64,000 nt of DNA from Schizochytrium sp. TIO01 (lineage: Eukaryota; Protista; Bigyra: Labyrinthulomycetes), in the NCBI GenBank assembly GCA_004764695.1, contig SMSO01000033.1:1798001-1862000 (forward strand). The letters run 5' to 3'. The notes beneath the pieces are model-generated. The model was not told the origin of the DNA. It was given only the letters and a program-made list of their open reading frames with translations, and ran no database searches. Numbering within the stretch: the first letter of the stretch is position 1; the number at the start of each line of letters is the position of its first letter. The position numbers were made by a program, and so were the translations under genes. This document shows positions 1 to 14,680 of the stretch, piece after piece.

Positions 1-3000
1 TAGATAAGTAAATTAATATCAATATATTTTTTTAAAGGCATAGATAGATACATTCAAGTAGTCGATGGGTAGGTGGGCGTGGCTAACTACTAAAGGGCCT
101 GGTGGTTTGAATGAGGGCGATGATGGAGTAGAGAAAGCGACTTTCCATCGCCTATTCTGAACCTCACTTTCTTTCCTTCGAGTAAGCACAAAGAAAGCGA
201 CGCGACTTGGCTTTATGTATTTTATTTTTGTTGAGAATTAGAAACAAAAACAAGAACAAAAATAAAAATAAAATAAAATTAAAAACTTGGAGAATGCTTT
301 TTCTTTTTCTTTTCTTTCTATTTTTTTTTTTTAAATGAGTGGAACCTCTGTTTTTCCTGTTCTGCGTTGAACCGCGGCCACACGGAATATCAGGAAGAAG
401 AGCAACCTGAGTTTAACAGAATGGCACTATAAAGCTCGAGCCCCGCCTCAGAAAGAGCCTGGTACTATTTGGATAAACATTAGAGCAGCTCCGACAAATT
501 ATTGGCAACGTGCGTGCTGGACGCCTAAGAACCTTCTATAGCATCTTTATGAGGGTTCGTGAAGAAGCTCAGGCTTTTCTTACCTTTTTAGATTGTATTA
601 CTCTAGAGACCACTTCATAATCTCAGTTTCCTTGTTTTTAGTTTATTTTTTTATTTTGGTCATACTTGTTTATATTCAAGTTTAAATATGTATTTTAATT
701 TTATAAAAGGATAGTCTTTCTGGTTGGGCAGTAAGTCGATTGTAATTCACGTGATGTTTCCAAAAGGATGATGATGTCGATCGATGGATTCTTCGTGATT
801 TAAGTCATGTCGGTTGAGGTCAGAGTCGCAGATGCTTCTAAATCACCCGAGCGTGATTGTGCACAGCAGGAATACTAACGCTCCGTCCCTTTCTCGTCTG
901 CTAGCTGGATTGAGGAAACTTCTCTTCGTTTGCAAAGAATCTCTTAATTTGCATCCTAAGTCATCTACTTACGCCCCTCTACTGTTAGCATCACTAGGGG
1001 GTCCTACTGCGGCCAGGATAGCAGAGGCTTCTTCGACTTTCTGCACAAAAGCCTTCGAAGGTCCGAGATTACCACTGGAAAGGCTCGACCCGACTATCAT
1101 CATGACGAGCTCAAAGCCTTCAATCAGAACATCAGCGTTATCCACAATCCACACAGAGCTGCGCAAAGCTTTTCTTCTTCTGCCCTTCGTCTTCTTCGTG
1201 TCCACCTCGAACTGCCAGGTTTTCCCCGCTCTTTAAAAACGTATGAATATATTACATATATCGTATATATCGTATATATATATATATATACACTTTTATC
1301 TTCCTCTTCCCTCAATTTTATCTCGCTCTTTTCGTTTTCAATTAACTCGCCAACAAACAAACAAACTACTTTCGATTTTTATTTCGATCTAAAGATAAAC
1401 TTAAGAGCCCAGCAAAGGTTCTTTTCAGACTGTCTGTTTGCGTGCCAACGAGGGAATAACAAGTGCCTACGAAACAAGGCAGAAAGGGAAACGAAAGCTT
1501 AGAAGAAGAGGAAGAAAGCGAGAGAAACTTTGCTTGATTGGTCCTTGACGAGACTCACACGCCCCGGAGAAGCAGGCTTCGGCCGGCCGCCAGAGCTCTC
1601 GCGTCTCCAGCTCGAGGCCGCTTTTCAGGCGCTTGTTAGGCCTCCGCCTTAGGTTCGCTTTCAGTCTAGTTTTGAGAGAAAGAAACAAAGAAAGAACGAG
1701 AGAAATAAATAAATAAATAAATAAAAAGGAGACAATCAAACAGACAGACGGCCACGGCGGTATAGACGTTAACGTGGTCTGCGTGTTAGACGCACCAAAG
1801 CGGTGTACGTGTTCTGTTCCTCTTTCGGGAGATAGGAACGAGGTGGCAATGGAGGAGACGAATAAAGTGCGAGCGAGAGCTTGAAAGAGGCACGAGCCGA
1901 AGCCCGACCTTGGATACAATCACCGCTTCGCGTGGACCTTTCGAAGCAGCCAAACAATCAAACCTCGGCCTGCGGGGTCATTTTCATTCCCTCGCTCGCT
2001 GAGGACGTCGAGCACGGACCGTTAGTCGAGGGCTGCTGCTCCTCCGCGATCTGGGCTCCGCAGAAGTTGATTGAGGTTCGAGATTCGAGCAAAATCGATC
2101 TTCTTTACTCTCCATATTGGTTTATCATTTTTATAACAGAGGAGGAAATAACGGCGAAGAAAATCAGAAAATCGGAAAGTTGGTGCTTTTTCTTATTTTA
2201 TTTTTTTTAATTAAAGATGAATTGAAATTGAAATTAACAAGGAAATGTAAATTAAAGTTGCTGTGTCCTCAGGAGTGAGAAGAACCGCTCATTTGAACTG
2301 TGGAAAGAAAAGATAGGTCCCAACGATGGCGCCTTAATAATAAGGACCCGCGTGACGCACAATATGGAGAGAAAGGGGAACACGGCGGTGCAAAGTATCG
2401 AAAGCCGCTTGTACCTGCCAAATCCAAATATAACTTGGCTGCGGCCTGACCGCAGAAGTTAGTTTCCAGGTACGTTCTGTACGACTCTCGCATCATGAAA
2501 GGGCCGTGGCTCACGCCGCTTTTCGGGCATCGGCGAGCGGACCAGGCAACTCTGAAGCGAGCTCTCGAACCCATGCACGCGTTGCATGCGCTGCACCGCG
2601 GCAGCTCCTCGGCTTAGGAGTCAGCTACATGCAGGTAGCAAGTAAGCAAGCAAGCACGCCAACATTCTCGTGAATGTCGAGCTTCCCGCATGCATGCTGT
2701 GGGAACTGTGTGCTTCTCTCAGCCACTTGGCGAAGCTCGACGCACGTAGATGCGGGAACTGGGGGGAAGACTGGGGGAAGCTTGAGAATACTGACAACTA
2801 TGAACAGTGCACAGCCTTCGAAACTTTTGCTTGATTTAAAAACTAAATTTATACTGCAAACTAATTTTTACAAGCAGAAGAAGCAACGTTAGCTTAGCAA
2901 AAAACAATCCTTCTTCCGTTTTTTATGTTTTTTATTTTATTTTTTTCTTTCTTTCTTTATTTCTTCTTTTCCAAACACTTGACTTGAATGAATTGATTTG

Positions 3001-5618
3001 CAAAGGACAACTCAAAAGGGCGATCGGAGGATAAAGCTGTTCACAGAACAACAACAAATGAATGGTCCAATGGAAATATACATAGTACAGAAATATATAT
3101 ATATTGAGAGAGAGATTTGCGTCGAAATGCATGAATTCGATGGATGCCAGCGACTGGCTATTGGAGGAGCCTTTGCGCCTGCGCGACCGCCATAGCCGTA
3201 AGGGTATCTCCGACCTGTGTCTCCGGAAGCAGTCCAGGTAGACGGCCACCTGGTCAGACACAGGCAGCTTCGTGAGCGCCGTCATGGCCACTTCCTCGCC
3301 TCGCGAACGCTTGTTATTTTCCACGCTCCATCCGCCATTGAATCACAGCTCGATTTTTTATTCGCTGTTGCGATTGATCATCGTTGTTCGTGCATAACAA
3401 ACATTTTAGTTTCTTAGTCTATTTATTTCTTTTTTTTGAATTTTTGATTTAGTCAATTTTAAACAAATACATTCATGTTATCTATGTATCTTCATCTCAG
3501 GTCAGCTTTTAACTCCGCCTCTTGCTCTGCTTCATGCCTCCTCTGCGACTTGCGAAGAGGCGGGACGACAAGTCACCAAAGCCACTCGCTCCTGCGAGGT
3601 CCCGTGCCTGTTATTTGCCAAAGCCGCAGAAGCGACTGCCACTGCCTTCGCGCACGCACTGCACGAGCTCCTGTGAGCTTGCTTTCGTAGTCAATCATTG
3701 TATTCCGCACACCGCGGCATTCGCTCTTTGATGGTGTGGTTGGTTAAAAGTGCTTCCGCGTGAGGTGATACTGCTATCGTTTCCGCTGAGCGTTCCTACC
3801 GCGAGAGCTCATGAAACCACGCTTAGGCCCTACCCTAGGAGAAAGGCAAAGGGGGATGAAAGGAGGAGGGAGGCTGGCGATCGCACTTTTGGGCTCCTCG
3901 TTCTTCCTCGAGACGCCCTCAGGTGTTCCCGAAGTGGTTTCTTCGAGAGTGTTATGGCGGAGCAGAGGATCGCGCGTGTGAGGGAGCAGCCGTCTTTGCA
4001 TCGGTGGCCTCCATCCAGCTTTGAACTGCTTGACTTGGCTTTTTCTGCGGCCTTTGCTCTCTGCAAAAATTGGCAGCGCTGCTTTTAGGATCTACCCCTT
4101 TTCAACTCCTTTCATCTTTCATGGGTGTGGAAGAAAATAAAGAAAAGAAGAAGAGAACCAAAGAGCGAGAGACCAAAAGGGCATTTCCTCCCTTTTTTTT
4201 TTTTTTTTTTTCAATTGTTTTTAATTTTAATTTTAATTTTTTTTTTTTAATTTCAGATAAAAATAAAAATTAACAGATAGAAAATATGATTTTTACTTCT
4301 TTTTCTTTTTTTCTTTTTTTTAATAGTTGACGAAGTAAAATGCATATTTGCATATTATCATCGCGAGTGAGAAAGAAAGCGAAGGCGATTCAGCGCATTG
4401 AAAACATCATGGCGGGCCGCCGCACTTTTCGCGAACTTTTGAGCGCCTTCCGCGGCGTGACTGCTATGATACGATCAAGCGCCGCAATATCTTTCGCTGG
4501 CCGCTCAGAGCGCACGCAAGGCAGCCGTCTAGCTAGCGAGGAAGACGGATAGACAGCTGGAGAGCCTGGCGAGCATCGTTCTGAAAGCGGCTTCGTTGAT
4601 GCAGCCTTCGGCCTCAAAGATAAACGAGGCCCCGGCATTCGTTTATTCGTTCATTCAATGCTGTACAATCAATTCATCAATCACGGAGCAGTTGGAGAGC
4701 GTCCCTCAGCCAGTTGTCGTGTGTCTCGCTGCGGTGGCTCCTTGGCAGCCTCATATGCCTTTCTCTAGGATTGTTGGGGTGGGATCCCCCACAGTGTTCC
4801 CTACTTCCGCTGTGAGGCAGGGTCAGCGAAAAGGGGAAAAAACTCATGAGAGAGGAACCGCAAAGCAACATTCAGGATCAAAGGAACCTCGAGGGAACCG
4901 CGGCGTGAGATATCGCTTCTCGATGATTGGGCTAGCTAGTCGTTCGAAAGGGCCAATCGAAGACGAAGCACGGATAATCTGGCGCTCTTCAAGACCGTGC
5001 TGACAAGCACTTAGCACATACGCATTGCGCGTATTCTGGCCCAAGGCACCTCGAGGTTGAGATTTAAGGCATTTCCTGGCAAGCTTGGGCTTGGTCTGTT
5101 AACCTTTGGTCTTAAAATGTGCGGTGTTTGACAAATTCAAAGTTCGAGAACTTGTTAATTTAATATTCCCCAAACTTCGCATTCCCAATCAAATCTGTGG
5201 ATACACTCGGAATTTCTGAGCTCTAAAGTTTGCTGGAGGCCGTTCAGGAGCTTTTCAGAGCGCTTGACGACAGGTGGGTTCATGCGGATTGAGTAGTGAC
5301 TGTGCACTTCGATTCGAGACGTCGCTGGTTTTCAAGAGACTGTGAGCGAATGCCATTCAACTTGCGCGCTGACTCAGAATGCGGCATCCAAGATGGCGCC
5401 CCAAAGCCAAGATGGCCCCTACTCGAGCCAAAGCGCCTCGTGTCTCGCCATTTCTTTTCTTTTTGTGCGTGTTGTTTGAATGATTCGTCTCGAATCATGC
5501 ACCGCACCTTAGGCAGCGCGAAGCTCGCATTCCATGGTGCTTACAGAATCAGCAAAAGCGCTTCGCGTGACTTTTCAAGATTTTTCAAGATTTAATCTTC
5601 TTCTTCTCGCTTTATGAA

Positions 5619-5673
5619 AACAAACAAACGAACAAATAGACAAACAAACAAACAAACAAACAAACAAACAAAG
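5619..5673. repeat. (CAAA)n microsatellite, imperfect
   Basis: Direct reading. Confidence 0.9.
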
Positions 5674-6309
5674 CAAACTGCTCCGACCTTTTTTCTTCCT
5701 TCAGAGAGAGTGCGTTTCCTCTTCTTCATAGTCTCATTTCACGAGTTCGCAGAGCAATGCAGAGCGATCGATACCTGAACAGAGATTCGCTATTTTCGTG
5801 CGGATAACACAGACAGTGAGGCAGAAAGAGAAGCTAAGTTGGCCTTGTGGAGCGATATGGGAGTCGCCGACCATCGCTACGGCGGTCTCCTCAAGTTCGC
5901 ACCGTAGCTCTATCGTAGGTGCCAAAATCCACACGTTGCTCAAAAGATAGAGAAACAAACTCCTCTCAAAAGGAGGCGATTTGTATCCGGAGGTAGAACT
6001 TAGTTTTGAATGTAGCTTTGTATGTACTACCTATTCCAGTTCGTCGAGCTTGTAGATTTTTAAATTTTTAAATTATATTTATTTTTATTATTATTAAATA
6101 ATAATAATAAAGACTCGGAGGGGGTCTCTTAGATTATGGTTTACGGGGAAATACTATAACTAGAAAGCTCTTGGCCCATAGCACTGCCAAGCTCGGATGC
6201 CACAGCCACAGGGGTACCTAACAACGGTATAGACAAACCCCAATCACGGCAGGCAGGCGGCTTGCTTACCACAGAATGATTCCCAAAGGCCAGGAAGCTG
6301 GAACGATGA

Positions 6310-6351
<42 letters not shown>
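6310..6351. repeat. (CTTG)n microsatellite
   Basis: Direct reading, about 10 units. Confidence 0.9.
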
Positions 6352-6450
6352 ATGACGATCTGTTCTGTTGTTATTAGTATGCTTTTCCCTTCCTTTCCCT
6401 TTTTGTTCTCTTCAAGTTCCGCTCACCCAACTCTGAAAGGTGCCGCTTCT

Positions 6451-6531
6451 TGAGAGAAGAAAGGAGAGAGAAAAGAGAGAAAAGAGAAAGAAAAGAGAGA
6501 AAAAGAGAAAGAAAAGAGAAAGAAAAGAGAA
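6451..6531. repeat. Polypurine GA/GAAAA low-complexity tract
   Basis: About 80 bp composed essentially of A and G. Confidence 0.85.
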
Positions 6532-9500
6532 TTGGTGAATAATTGAAAGAAAAAGTGTCTCGTGCCGCGCTGTGCCTCAGAGCTCCGTCGCCACGAATTC
6601 GCATGCAGCCAATAAGCCGCCCAAAATACGGACTCGCTCTCGCCTGATCACGTTTAACTCCAACAGAGCGACCTTTTCCGCGCCCTCTCTCCTCTCAAAA
6701 CTACCTTTGCTGGAGTGGACTGGAGTTGATTTGTTTCTTAATTAATTATTTATTTTCACGCATCTTCCCAATCGTTCTCTGTTTCCTTGTGCTTAGCCCA
6801 TCTGTCACGCCTGCCCCAGACGCGGTCCCGTAACACCCGCACGCAGTATGGCGCTCCTTCAGGTTCGCGTGACACGCGCTTGGCTGCGGAAGAAGGACCT
6901 CCAGCCAGCTCGAGCTGAGGGGTGCCTCTCTTGGGGGACACGGAGGCCTGCGCGACGCTAGGTTTGGAGGAAGGTAGTAGTTTAGGGCGGATAATACTAT
7001 ATAGCTTGTTCTGTTTTCTCTTCCCCTCGGGTGAAGCAGAATCGTGAAGCTTTCTTGGTTCCTTTCCATGCGCAGTGAATCATTTAAAGCTTGAATTTAG
7101 TTTTATACATAATAATTCGACAGAGTTATGCAACTAAAGGGGTGAAAAGAAGCTCTTTCTTCTTCCTCTCCATCTTCTTCGACTTTTACCATTTTAAAAT
7201 TAATGAATCACCATTTCAATTTCTACTTAGTGTTAAAACCAAACTTTTTTTTTCTTTTTTTTTAATGAAATGAAAATGCCTTTACGTATGTATGGATGGA
7301 TGGATTGTTTTAAAATTTGTAGCTTTCAACCTGTAAAAATGTGTATATAATCAACGAATGATCTGAATGAATGAGAGTAAATTAACAGCTTTCGAGTTGA
7401 GGAGGTCAAGTTCACTTTGAAACGAAGGAATCGATTGCTTTTCAGGCAGTGCAGTCAGTATTTCCGGAGTTTTGCCTCAATTTTATGCATACTCTATCCA
7501 AGAAGATGCATCCGGAGACCAAGGTACTGATTAATTGATTGATTGATTGGGCGGCGAGTCCCAAAGTTGCAGAGGACTATGGTGGTCTGCTTTCGTTGAA
7601 AACAAACACAACACAGAGGAGGATGCGGAGGTAGTACTTACTTGCGAGCTTGCAACCAAAAGAGTGAGAGGTCGAAACTCTGCCCTTCCGTTGCCTTTTA
7701 CATAACAAGGTCGAAGTTTCAAGCAATAACCTGAACTTAGATCTGAACTCGAAGGGGTGTTTCCTCCAACTCACTCTTCTTCAACTTCAGATCGGGCTTA
7801 CGAAGCAGTAGAACTGACGACGACATCAAGCATCACGAGGCGTATGTATTCTCAGCGGTTCTTCGTCTTCCCTCCCCTCCGTCTTCGGCTTCGGGAGAGA
7901 ATGAGGCCAGAGAATCGTTGACGGCGGTTAGCAGAGGGCTTTCTGCCTTTCCTTCACCCATTCCATTCCATCCATCCGTTCAGATAGATGCATGCATGCC
8001 TGGGCTTGTCTTGAAACTCTTTGCCGATGTGGCTCTCATCCCTCAAAGTCAGCTGGCTGACTTGAGCTTTAGGGCGGCGAGGAACCTCTCGTCTTGGAAC
8101 TCAGAGACGCCCAGGCGATTTGGGAGACCGGCTCCGGGCTAGCTCGCGCGGCCAATGCCAAAAGCTCTTGGGGAAGCCCATCAGGGAGCCGCTGCTCAAG
8201 CTAGCTAGCTAACAAGCAAGCAAGCAAGCAAGCAAGCTGTTTCGCTCTGCGATCAATTTCGATGGGCGATGGTTTCTCGCCTTCACAGCAGTTTCGAGCG
8301 GCTGGACTGGTTCTAGTTTGCATATGGCCGTGAAGAAGGTCGCAGCATGTTCAATCGTGCCCAGGCTGGACGTGGTTCAGGCGGTGCTTGATTGATCATC
8401 GACGCCATCGTGATCACGGTCGGCAACGCCCATGGCTCGCCCGTGGCCATCGACCAGCTCGGCTCCCCAAGGATAACCGTTGCGGCCTTCGGTTCGGTCT
8501 GCGTCTGCATTCCTGTCGTGAGTTTGGCCAGCTGAGCTCTGGGCAGCCGCGAGGAAGACGCAGAGGAAGGGGCGCCTGTCGCGGTCGATCGGGCCTCACT
8601 GGTCGAACAAGCAGCGTACGAGCTTCGTGGAGGTCGTCGTGAGCATAATCGTGGAGGCCAGCCAACCCCGGCGACGAATGAATGGCCCTTGGCGTGTACA
8701 CGAGCGAGTCTGGGTTCGCAAAAGCGAACAAACTAGAGCCAAGCCAAACCAAGCCAGGCGAGCAAAGACCTGAAGACCTTGGCCTCTGAACGATGATGGA
8801 GCTAGTGAACTAGCGAGGCGAGCGAGCAGCAAACACAAGTCCCGCGCCGGTCTCTGCGGCTCCGCTGGTGCTTTCTGGCCACAATCATTCTGCACGGTCT
8901 GCAGCACGATAGGAACTTTGATGCAGACCTGGAGAAGGACGGAGTCTTGCGCAGAGGGATCCTGAACACCTCAACAGGACTCCAAGGCCACGGTCGCTCC
9001 AGACTTCCCTGCTCAGGCTGGGACTTTTCGAACCTTTGAGGTTGTGCTCGATTCCTGTTTCAAGACGGAGCTTGCGATGGCGATGCTGCGACAAAGCGGC
9101 GTGAGCTCGTCATGAGTCGCGAGCTTTCTCTTCGGCGGAGCACGGGCTGAAGAGCGGATGGGAGCGAGCGAGACGGTGCTGCACAGAACTAACTCTGTGT
9201 CTCAACTCAAGCTCACCGCCGATGGCTGATCAGATCAGATGGTTGCTCGTGGACTCAAGTGTTGCAACAGCTTTAAGTTTAGAGGCTCGACTTTGAACAG
9301 ATCATGGCGCAAGGTCTTGGTTGTCGATGGGACATCCATCGATGGTGCGAGGCCGTGCGTGAGGACCGCCATCATGAATCATGATGTTCTCTTCGTCTTA
9401 TCAACAGTCGCTCTCATTTTTCTGAATCCTTTTTTATTTTCCAACACTGGCACCCTCTTGATTTTTTAATCGTTTCGAAACAATTGTTTTAAATGTTTAT

Positions 9501-10442
9501 TGATATTTATTTATTCTTTTGTAATTAAAGTAATTTTTAAAACAGAAGTATACCTCACCATCGTAGAGTAGTAGATAGTGGCAAATAGAACCTCATTACT
9601 ACTAGTCACTATTTTCATAGGAAGAAAGTTCATCAAAGCTTTACGCAGTACTAGGTAGTAGTTTTATTTTACTGCATCCTTACTGGTAGTCTAGTTTCGA
9701 AAAAAATAAATAAAATAAAATAAAATCTTTTAGTTTGAGGAAAATTTCCATCTGCTTTTGCTCCCCAAAGTAAAACCTACCTAGGCACCTAGTACTTTAG
9801 CACTAAAAGAATTCAAAGTTCTTTGCTGGTGTGCTGATTCCATAGGATTTGGTCTTCATAAATATTTAGCTGTACGCGTTGGTTGTATCGCCAAATAAGC
9901 AGAACTGATGATCAATCATCAAATGAAGCCAAATCTCTAATATGTGAATCGAAATCCAAAATTAAACCTACCTACCTACACCCAATACATCCAATAAATC
10001 CATTTCATGTTATGGGGGCTTTGGAATCTCACCCACCCATTGCTGCTGTTACCTATTTCATAGTTATGATGGCTCTTCTTTTGCAACTAATCTAGTCAAG
10101 GTAGTATTGTTGATGCATGTTTTCATAACATGATGGATTGTCGCTTCGACCGACTTTGAGAATAACTAATGATAATGTGATATGCCAATTCAAGTCTATT
10201 CGGTTGTGCACAAGCAGATCATACTTGCTGTCAGCACGCGCCATGCATGCGTTACATCGTCTGACCATGCTCGTGGTGGCATGAAAATGGATTTGCAGCA
10301 GTTTCAGTGTAACAAACCAGGACTACTAGAAAGCTGGATGTGATTTCGTAACAGCACGTGAGAAAGTGACAGTACTACGAATGTGACCGATAACAGCACT
10401 AGGTCATGACCATTGTACAGTTTGGTGATTCGGCTATTTGTG

Positions 10443-10509
10443 AGCATGCGATGCTCGACTGACCTTGACAGTAGCATGCGAATATTCGACTGATCTCAAG
10501 AGTAGCATA
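10443..10509. repeat. Degenerate ~30-bp minisatellite (about 2 units)
   Basis: AGCATGCGATGCTCGACTGACCTTGACAGT / AGCATGCGAATATTCGACTGATCTCAAGAGT / AGCAT. Confidence 0.6.
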
Positions 10510-12119
10510 GCAGCACATGAAAGATAGTTGCAACAGACTTACGATAGCGAGTTGCTACATAGTAGCAGGAGCGAATAGCATCAAAGTTCGGATTTGTCCA
10601 AAAAAAGAAAAAGAAGAAAATAAAAGCAAAGAAAAACTTGAGAACACCTAACAGAAGACTACTTACTACCAATACGATTGTTCACGAAATTCCAGCTGTG
10701 ATAATATAAGTTGAGTGGGGGAATAAATCTACCCAGCGACAAGAGGACACTGTGATTATTGAGCAAGTTAAGAGCTGGCTTTCTAAAGCTACCGCTCAAA
10801 AGAACAAAAATCCAGTCATTTCTCTATTTACCCTTGATTGGTAGACCAGTAATCTAGGAAGCATACGAATAGGACGTGCGCCTGCGAAAACACGAGTCTG
10901 GGGCCGGCCGCACTCTTAAAGGGAGTATTTTCGACTGATATACACTCTAAAAGTAAACTTACAAACATCAATAAAACGCCCGAAGATAGCAAAAACAAAC
11001 TGTATAATATCATAGCCAATCCACTCATTTTAGTTCTATTCGTCGAGATACTTCAAGGCAGAAAGAGTTTAGATTCTCGCATAGCTCAGCTCCGACGATG
11101 TTGTTGCAATGGAAGAGCTTTAAACCCACTCACAACTGCATTTCAATGAAAAAAAAAAAAATAGTTGGATTGGGGTAAAAGATGTAACTATCATAGGAAT
11201 GTGTAAATGTAACCGGGAGAAGAAGACAAATAGTAACTACCTGCATTTGTGCAAGTATCTCTCTTGTGTTCGATTGCATTATCTGCTGTTGTTTTTTATA
11301 TTTAAATAATTAAGAACCAAAAAATCTAATATATGCAACATTGATTGAACCGCTCAAATAATAGATTAAGAGACCTCGCTTGTACTAGATTGTCTGTTAA
11401 CACTTCTCTGGCAACAAAGTTTTGCAAGAGTCAGTCTAATTTGTAAATTTAGAGCAAGGAATGTTTAGTATGTGTATGTCGCCGCCATTGCGCAAAAAAC
11501 TATTCATACTAAACTATTTCAAAAGCCCAGCCTAACCAATATTATTTTCACAAATGTGTACTCCGATAACCATATTCTGAGCCACCTTTCTTTTTAAACA
11601 CTCGCTGAAGTAGAAAGCGTTTTGCAAAACGATCATTCACCACAAATCCATTTGTAAAGGATAGGAATAAATGGTACTACGCAGGGGAACTTGAAGAGCG
11701 CCTATACGGCTCAAATCAGAATATTGTATACGCCATGAGTAAAGAATTCGCGTAAACATACTAAAATCAAGTGCTATGATATTCACTTTCAAATGTGTAT
11801 TCAAGAGAGAACAAATAGTCTAAATCAAGCTTTGCTTTTGTCTTTTCGATAATCCACTTTTGCTATATTTCATAGAATTCTAAATACAATAATAAAAACA
11901 TGCACAATGTAAGAATTACAATAAACAATTTAATCTTCAAGTTGTCTGCATATGTCTTAGATAATAATTCAAGATCTTTTGCATAGACTAGAAGTAGCAA
12001 ATGAATTCTTTAATTTTAGGTGAAAGTACAACCTTTTATTAATGGTTATGTAACAATAATATTAGCAATCTTTAAAAGCACTGGCAAAACTACTGCGTTG
12101 CGATGTTATGTGACAAACA

Positions 12120-13740
12120 GCAACTCTACGTTTAAAGACAATATACTGGCGTTTTGAATGAAAGCAAGCATGACATTTTCGAGTGTTTACAGGAGTGCTG
12201 GAGGTTTATTACTAATGAACGAGAAGTTGACTGAGAAGATAAAGGCAAGAGGCTTTGTCCTGCGCTTTGAATGATTGATTAGACTTACAAGGTTACCTAG
12301 TCTTATAAGTTTAGTGATCTAAACAGCCAGGTGAACTGGATGATATTTTATCTAGGAACCTAGTCCTAGCTTGCTCTATATTATACAGAACTCAAGGAGT
12401 TTGGCTAACTTGTTTCCTCACCCACTAATTTAGATTTGTCTTTATACATTCCCTGGATGACATATTGCGCTTTCACTCTTGAATGAACACCACTAGCCTC
12501 ACACTTGATAGTTAAGTTCTTATCATATGCATTTCTAATTGGTCAGGACTTATAATAGTGTCTCAAGGATCTTGGTAATGTCCTGTCAACATATTCTAAT
12601 CAGGAATCCGATGCTTCACAAAGTTCCTTGTAACACAAGATGCGCGGCAACAACACTTCTAAAAGATGATTCTGGTCAGCTTGAGGTTGACTGTAAAAGT
12701 GAAGGCAAGGTCCTTGATGAAGACTTTAAGAAGGTTGATGAACCGCTGTCCTGGAGAATGAACTCCAGGACAGATGGATTCATGCAGTAACTTAGAAGGT
12801 TTAAATATTCTTGAAAGGTGTTAGAGATAATCAATGGGGTTAGGATAATTCAACCTCAACCATCGATTCAAGTTACACCATACTTGGATCTAGGTAATGT
12901 GAAGTACACTTTTATCTCTTGGGTCTGGCAGCCACATGAATCTGGCTGCCTACTCTTGCGCCATTGTAATCCCTATGTCTGTGAAAGTTCTACAAAGGGA
13001 CGTCAAGAGCCCTAGCATTGTCATGTCCACTAGTTCCTTCGATGGGAGATCTCACCAAATGCGTTCGAGTGCCCCGTATCATTTTAAAAGGTGTTACAAG
13101 GCTGCTCGTGTTTCATGTATGCATTACAGCCGGCTATATGATTGAAAGTTAGCCTTTTATCAATATTGCAGAATAATTTGTGCTGTGAAGTGTGCAGAGG
13201 TAGTCTGAAAAGGATGGCGAACTAGGATGACGAAGTCAGGAGAAACAGAAAAAGGATGATATCTGAGTTATTGGGGTTTCGGGTCTGCATACAGGCAGGG
13301 ATGAATGTGTAGACAGGAGAGGTTTATTAGGTTAGCTTAGACACACAGCTGTATATTACTTAATACATAAGCTTTGGAGAGCATCGATTTTTCAACAAAA
13401 CCAAGTTTGATCCGAAGAAGCTCATTCATCTCTCATAAAAGTACATCTACAGGAGCCTCTCGTATCACCAACATTCGAAAATCATAAATATCATTCAGTA
13501 TTCGCCATTCAAAGGATGAACATCATGCACTTAAGTATCTGGAGAAAATGTTGGGAGGTTTAACCCTTTACGGAAATCAATTCTTTAAGACTTTAAATAA
13601 TTCACCAAGAGCGGTAGCAACTTCCTCAGTTGTCCCTTCGACTGAAAAGCTCAAAAGTACGTCAAAGACCCTCGTGTGCTATCTTATCTGTGAAGTTTTA
13701 ATTGGTAATCTGACCAACGCCACTGCCAAGCCTCTGTAAG
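12120..13740 (-). mobile_element. Decayed Ty1/copia LTR-retrotransposon pol relic (integrase to RT)
   Basis: Manual translation with stops. Integrase-like *HTRVFDVLL...EEVATALGELFKVLKN*FP*RVK...KSMLSKAY...ANLINLS; then GCNAY (cf. post-integrase FGCxAY); then ASGVHSRVKAQYVIQG...EETS*P (cf. RYKARLVAQG...ETFSP) and CLLSFKTPVYCL (cf. LKKSLYGL). IN-before-RT order is the copia arrangement. No LTRs seen. Confidence 0.6.
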
Positions 13741-13789
13741 CCCAAATTTAGAATACCAAAAAACCATTAAAAAAACATTAAGTAAGATT

Positions 13790-14680
13790 GATGGCTTTAG
13801 TATATTCACGATTGGGTACATATTAAATGATGTACACAGATTGTAAAGTTATGTAGATTTGACTCATGAGAAAAGGGTACACATTCGGGCTCAAGTCTGT
13901 TGATGAATGGCGTGACCTTCATTACACATGTCTCACTTGCAGCGAACCCGTACTTACAGCTTTTCTGCGGGACCTATTTGTACGGCCTCACTACAGCAGC
14001 GAAGAGAACGTATGATTATGTTTCTAAGTGACGGAGCTGCAAGCGATTGGGAGAGTGAATATGCTACAGTATTCTCACTATGGTGTTCTGTTTGTTTGTG
14101 TTATAATATTTTCTACTACAGAATTTCAAATTGGCAGTCCGTCTCTATTCTTAAATTGATTTCGAGTATTCATTGTAGTAGAGATTAGGGCTCTCTTTCT
14201 CAACGATTTTTTTTCATGAAGATAAGTCGTTAGCTGATGATCTCTGTTTTTCAAATCCCTGCAACTGCTGTTAATAGTATTATTTCGGGTGCAATCCTAG
14301 CCACTATGGATTGATTTAAAAAATCAAATTAGTCGGGATAGTGACTTATTTTGAGACATCCTGGAGGAATCTATTGATGCACATGCTGGACAAAGCGCCA
14401 TCGGAAACATTTGAACAGCGTTGTGCCTGTTGCATTAATAGCCCGAAGAAAACGTAGAGCAGAGTTATAAAAAGACCCGTTCTGAGACTCTTGGCTTACG
14501 TGAAACACTAGCGGATCAGCGTTGCATCTGATGGCTCTAATGCCATGTGGTATGAGGTGTGAATGGATTCTCCAACCTTCTCTAGATTGTAGTTGAATGA
14601 AACTAAAACCAACGATCAATTTCTTTTGAAGACCTAATCTCGAATGGTGAAAACGAGTCATAGCTACATTCCTTGACGCT
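13790..14680 (+). mobile_element. Decayed Ty1/copia RT to RNase H relic
   Basis: Across frameshifts: TDCKVM*I*LMRKGY (cf. DG..KARLVAKGY), VLTAFLRDLFVRP, LSDGAASDWESEY, LADDL, QSAIG, KRPVLRLLAYVKH, ISVASDGS (RNase H SDA), SRMVKTS (cf. RVVKST). Motifs are in canonical order but with irregular spacing. Confidence 0.55.

Noticed and set aside
969-1205. 78-aa minus-strand ORF ending near a GTAAGT donor-like site
   Set aside because: GTG start, no recognisable motif and no identifiable partner exon.
2932-3345. F-box-like stretch LTKLPVSDQVAVYLD on the minus strand
   Set aside because: Motif is shorter than a true F-box, no proper in-frame context was found, and the ORF runs into low-complexity DNA. 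At best a tiny pseudogene fragment.
8313-9200. GC-rich block with several overlapping short ORFs
   Set aside because: No frame stays open for long or shows a recognisable domain. Cannot support a gene.
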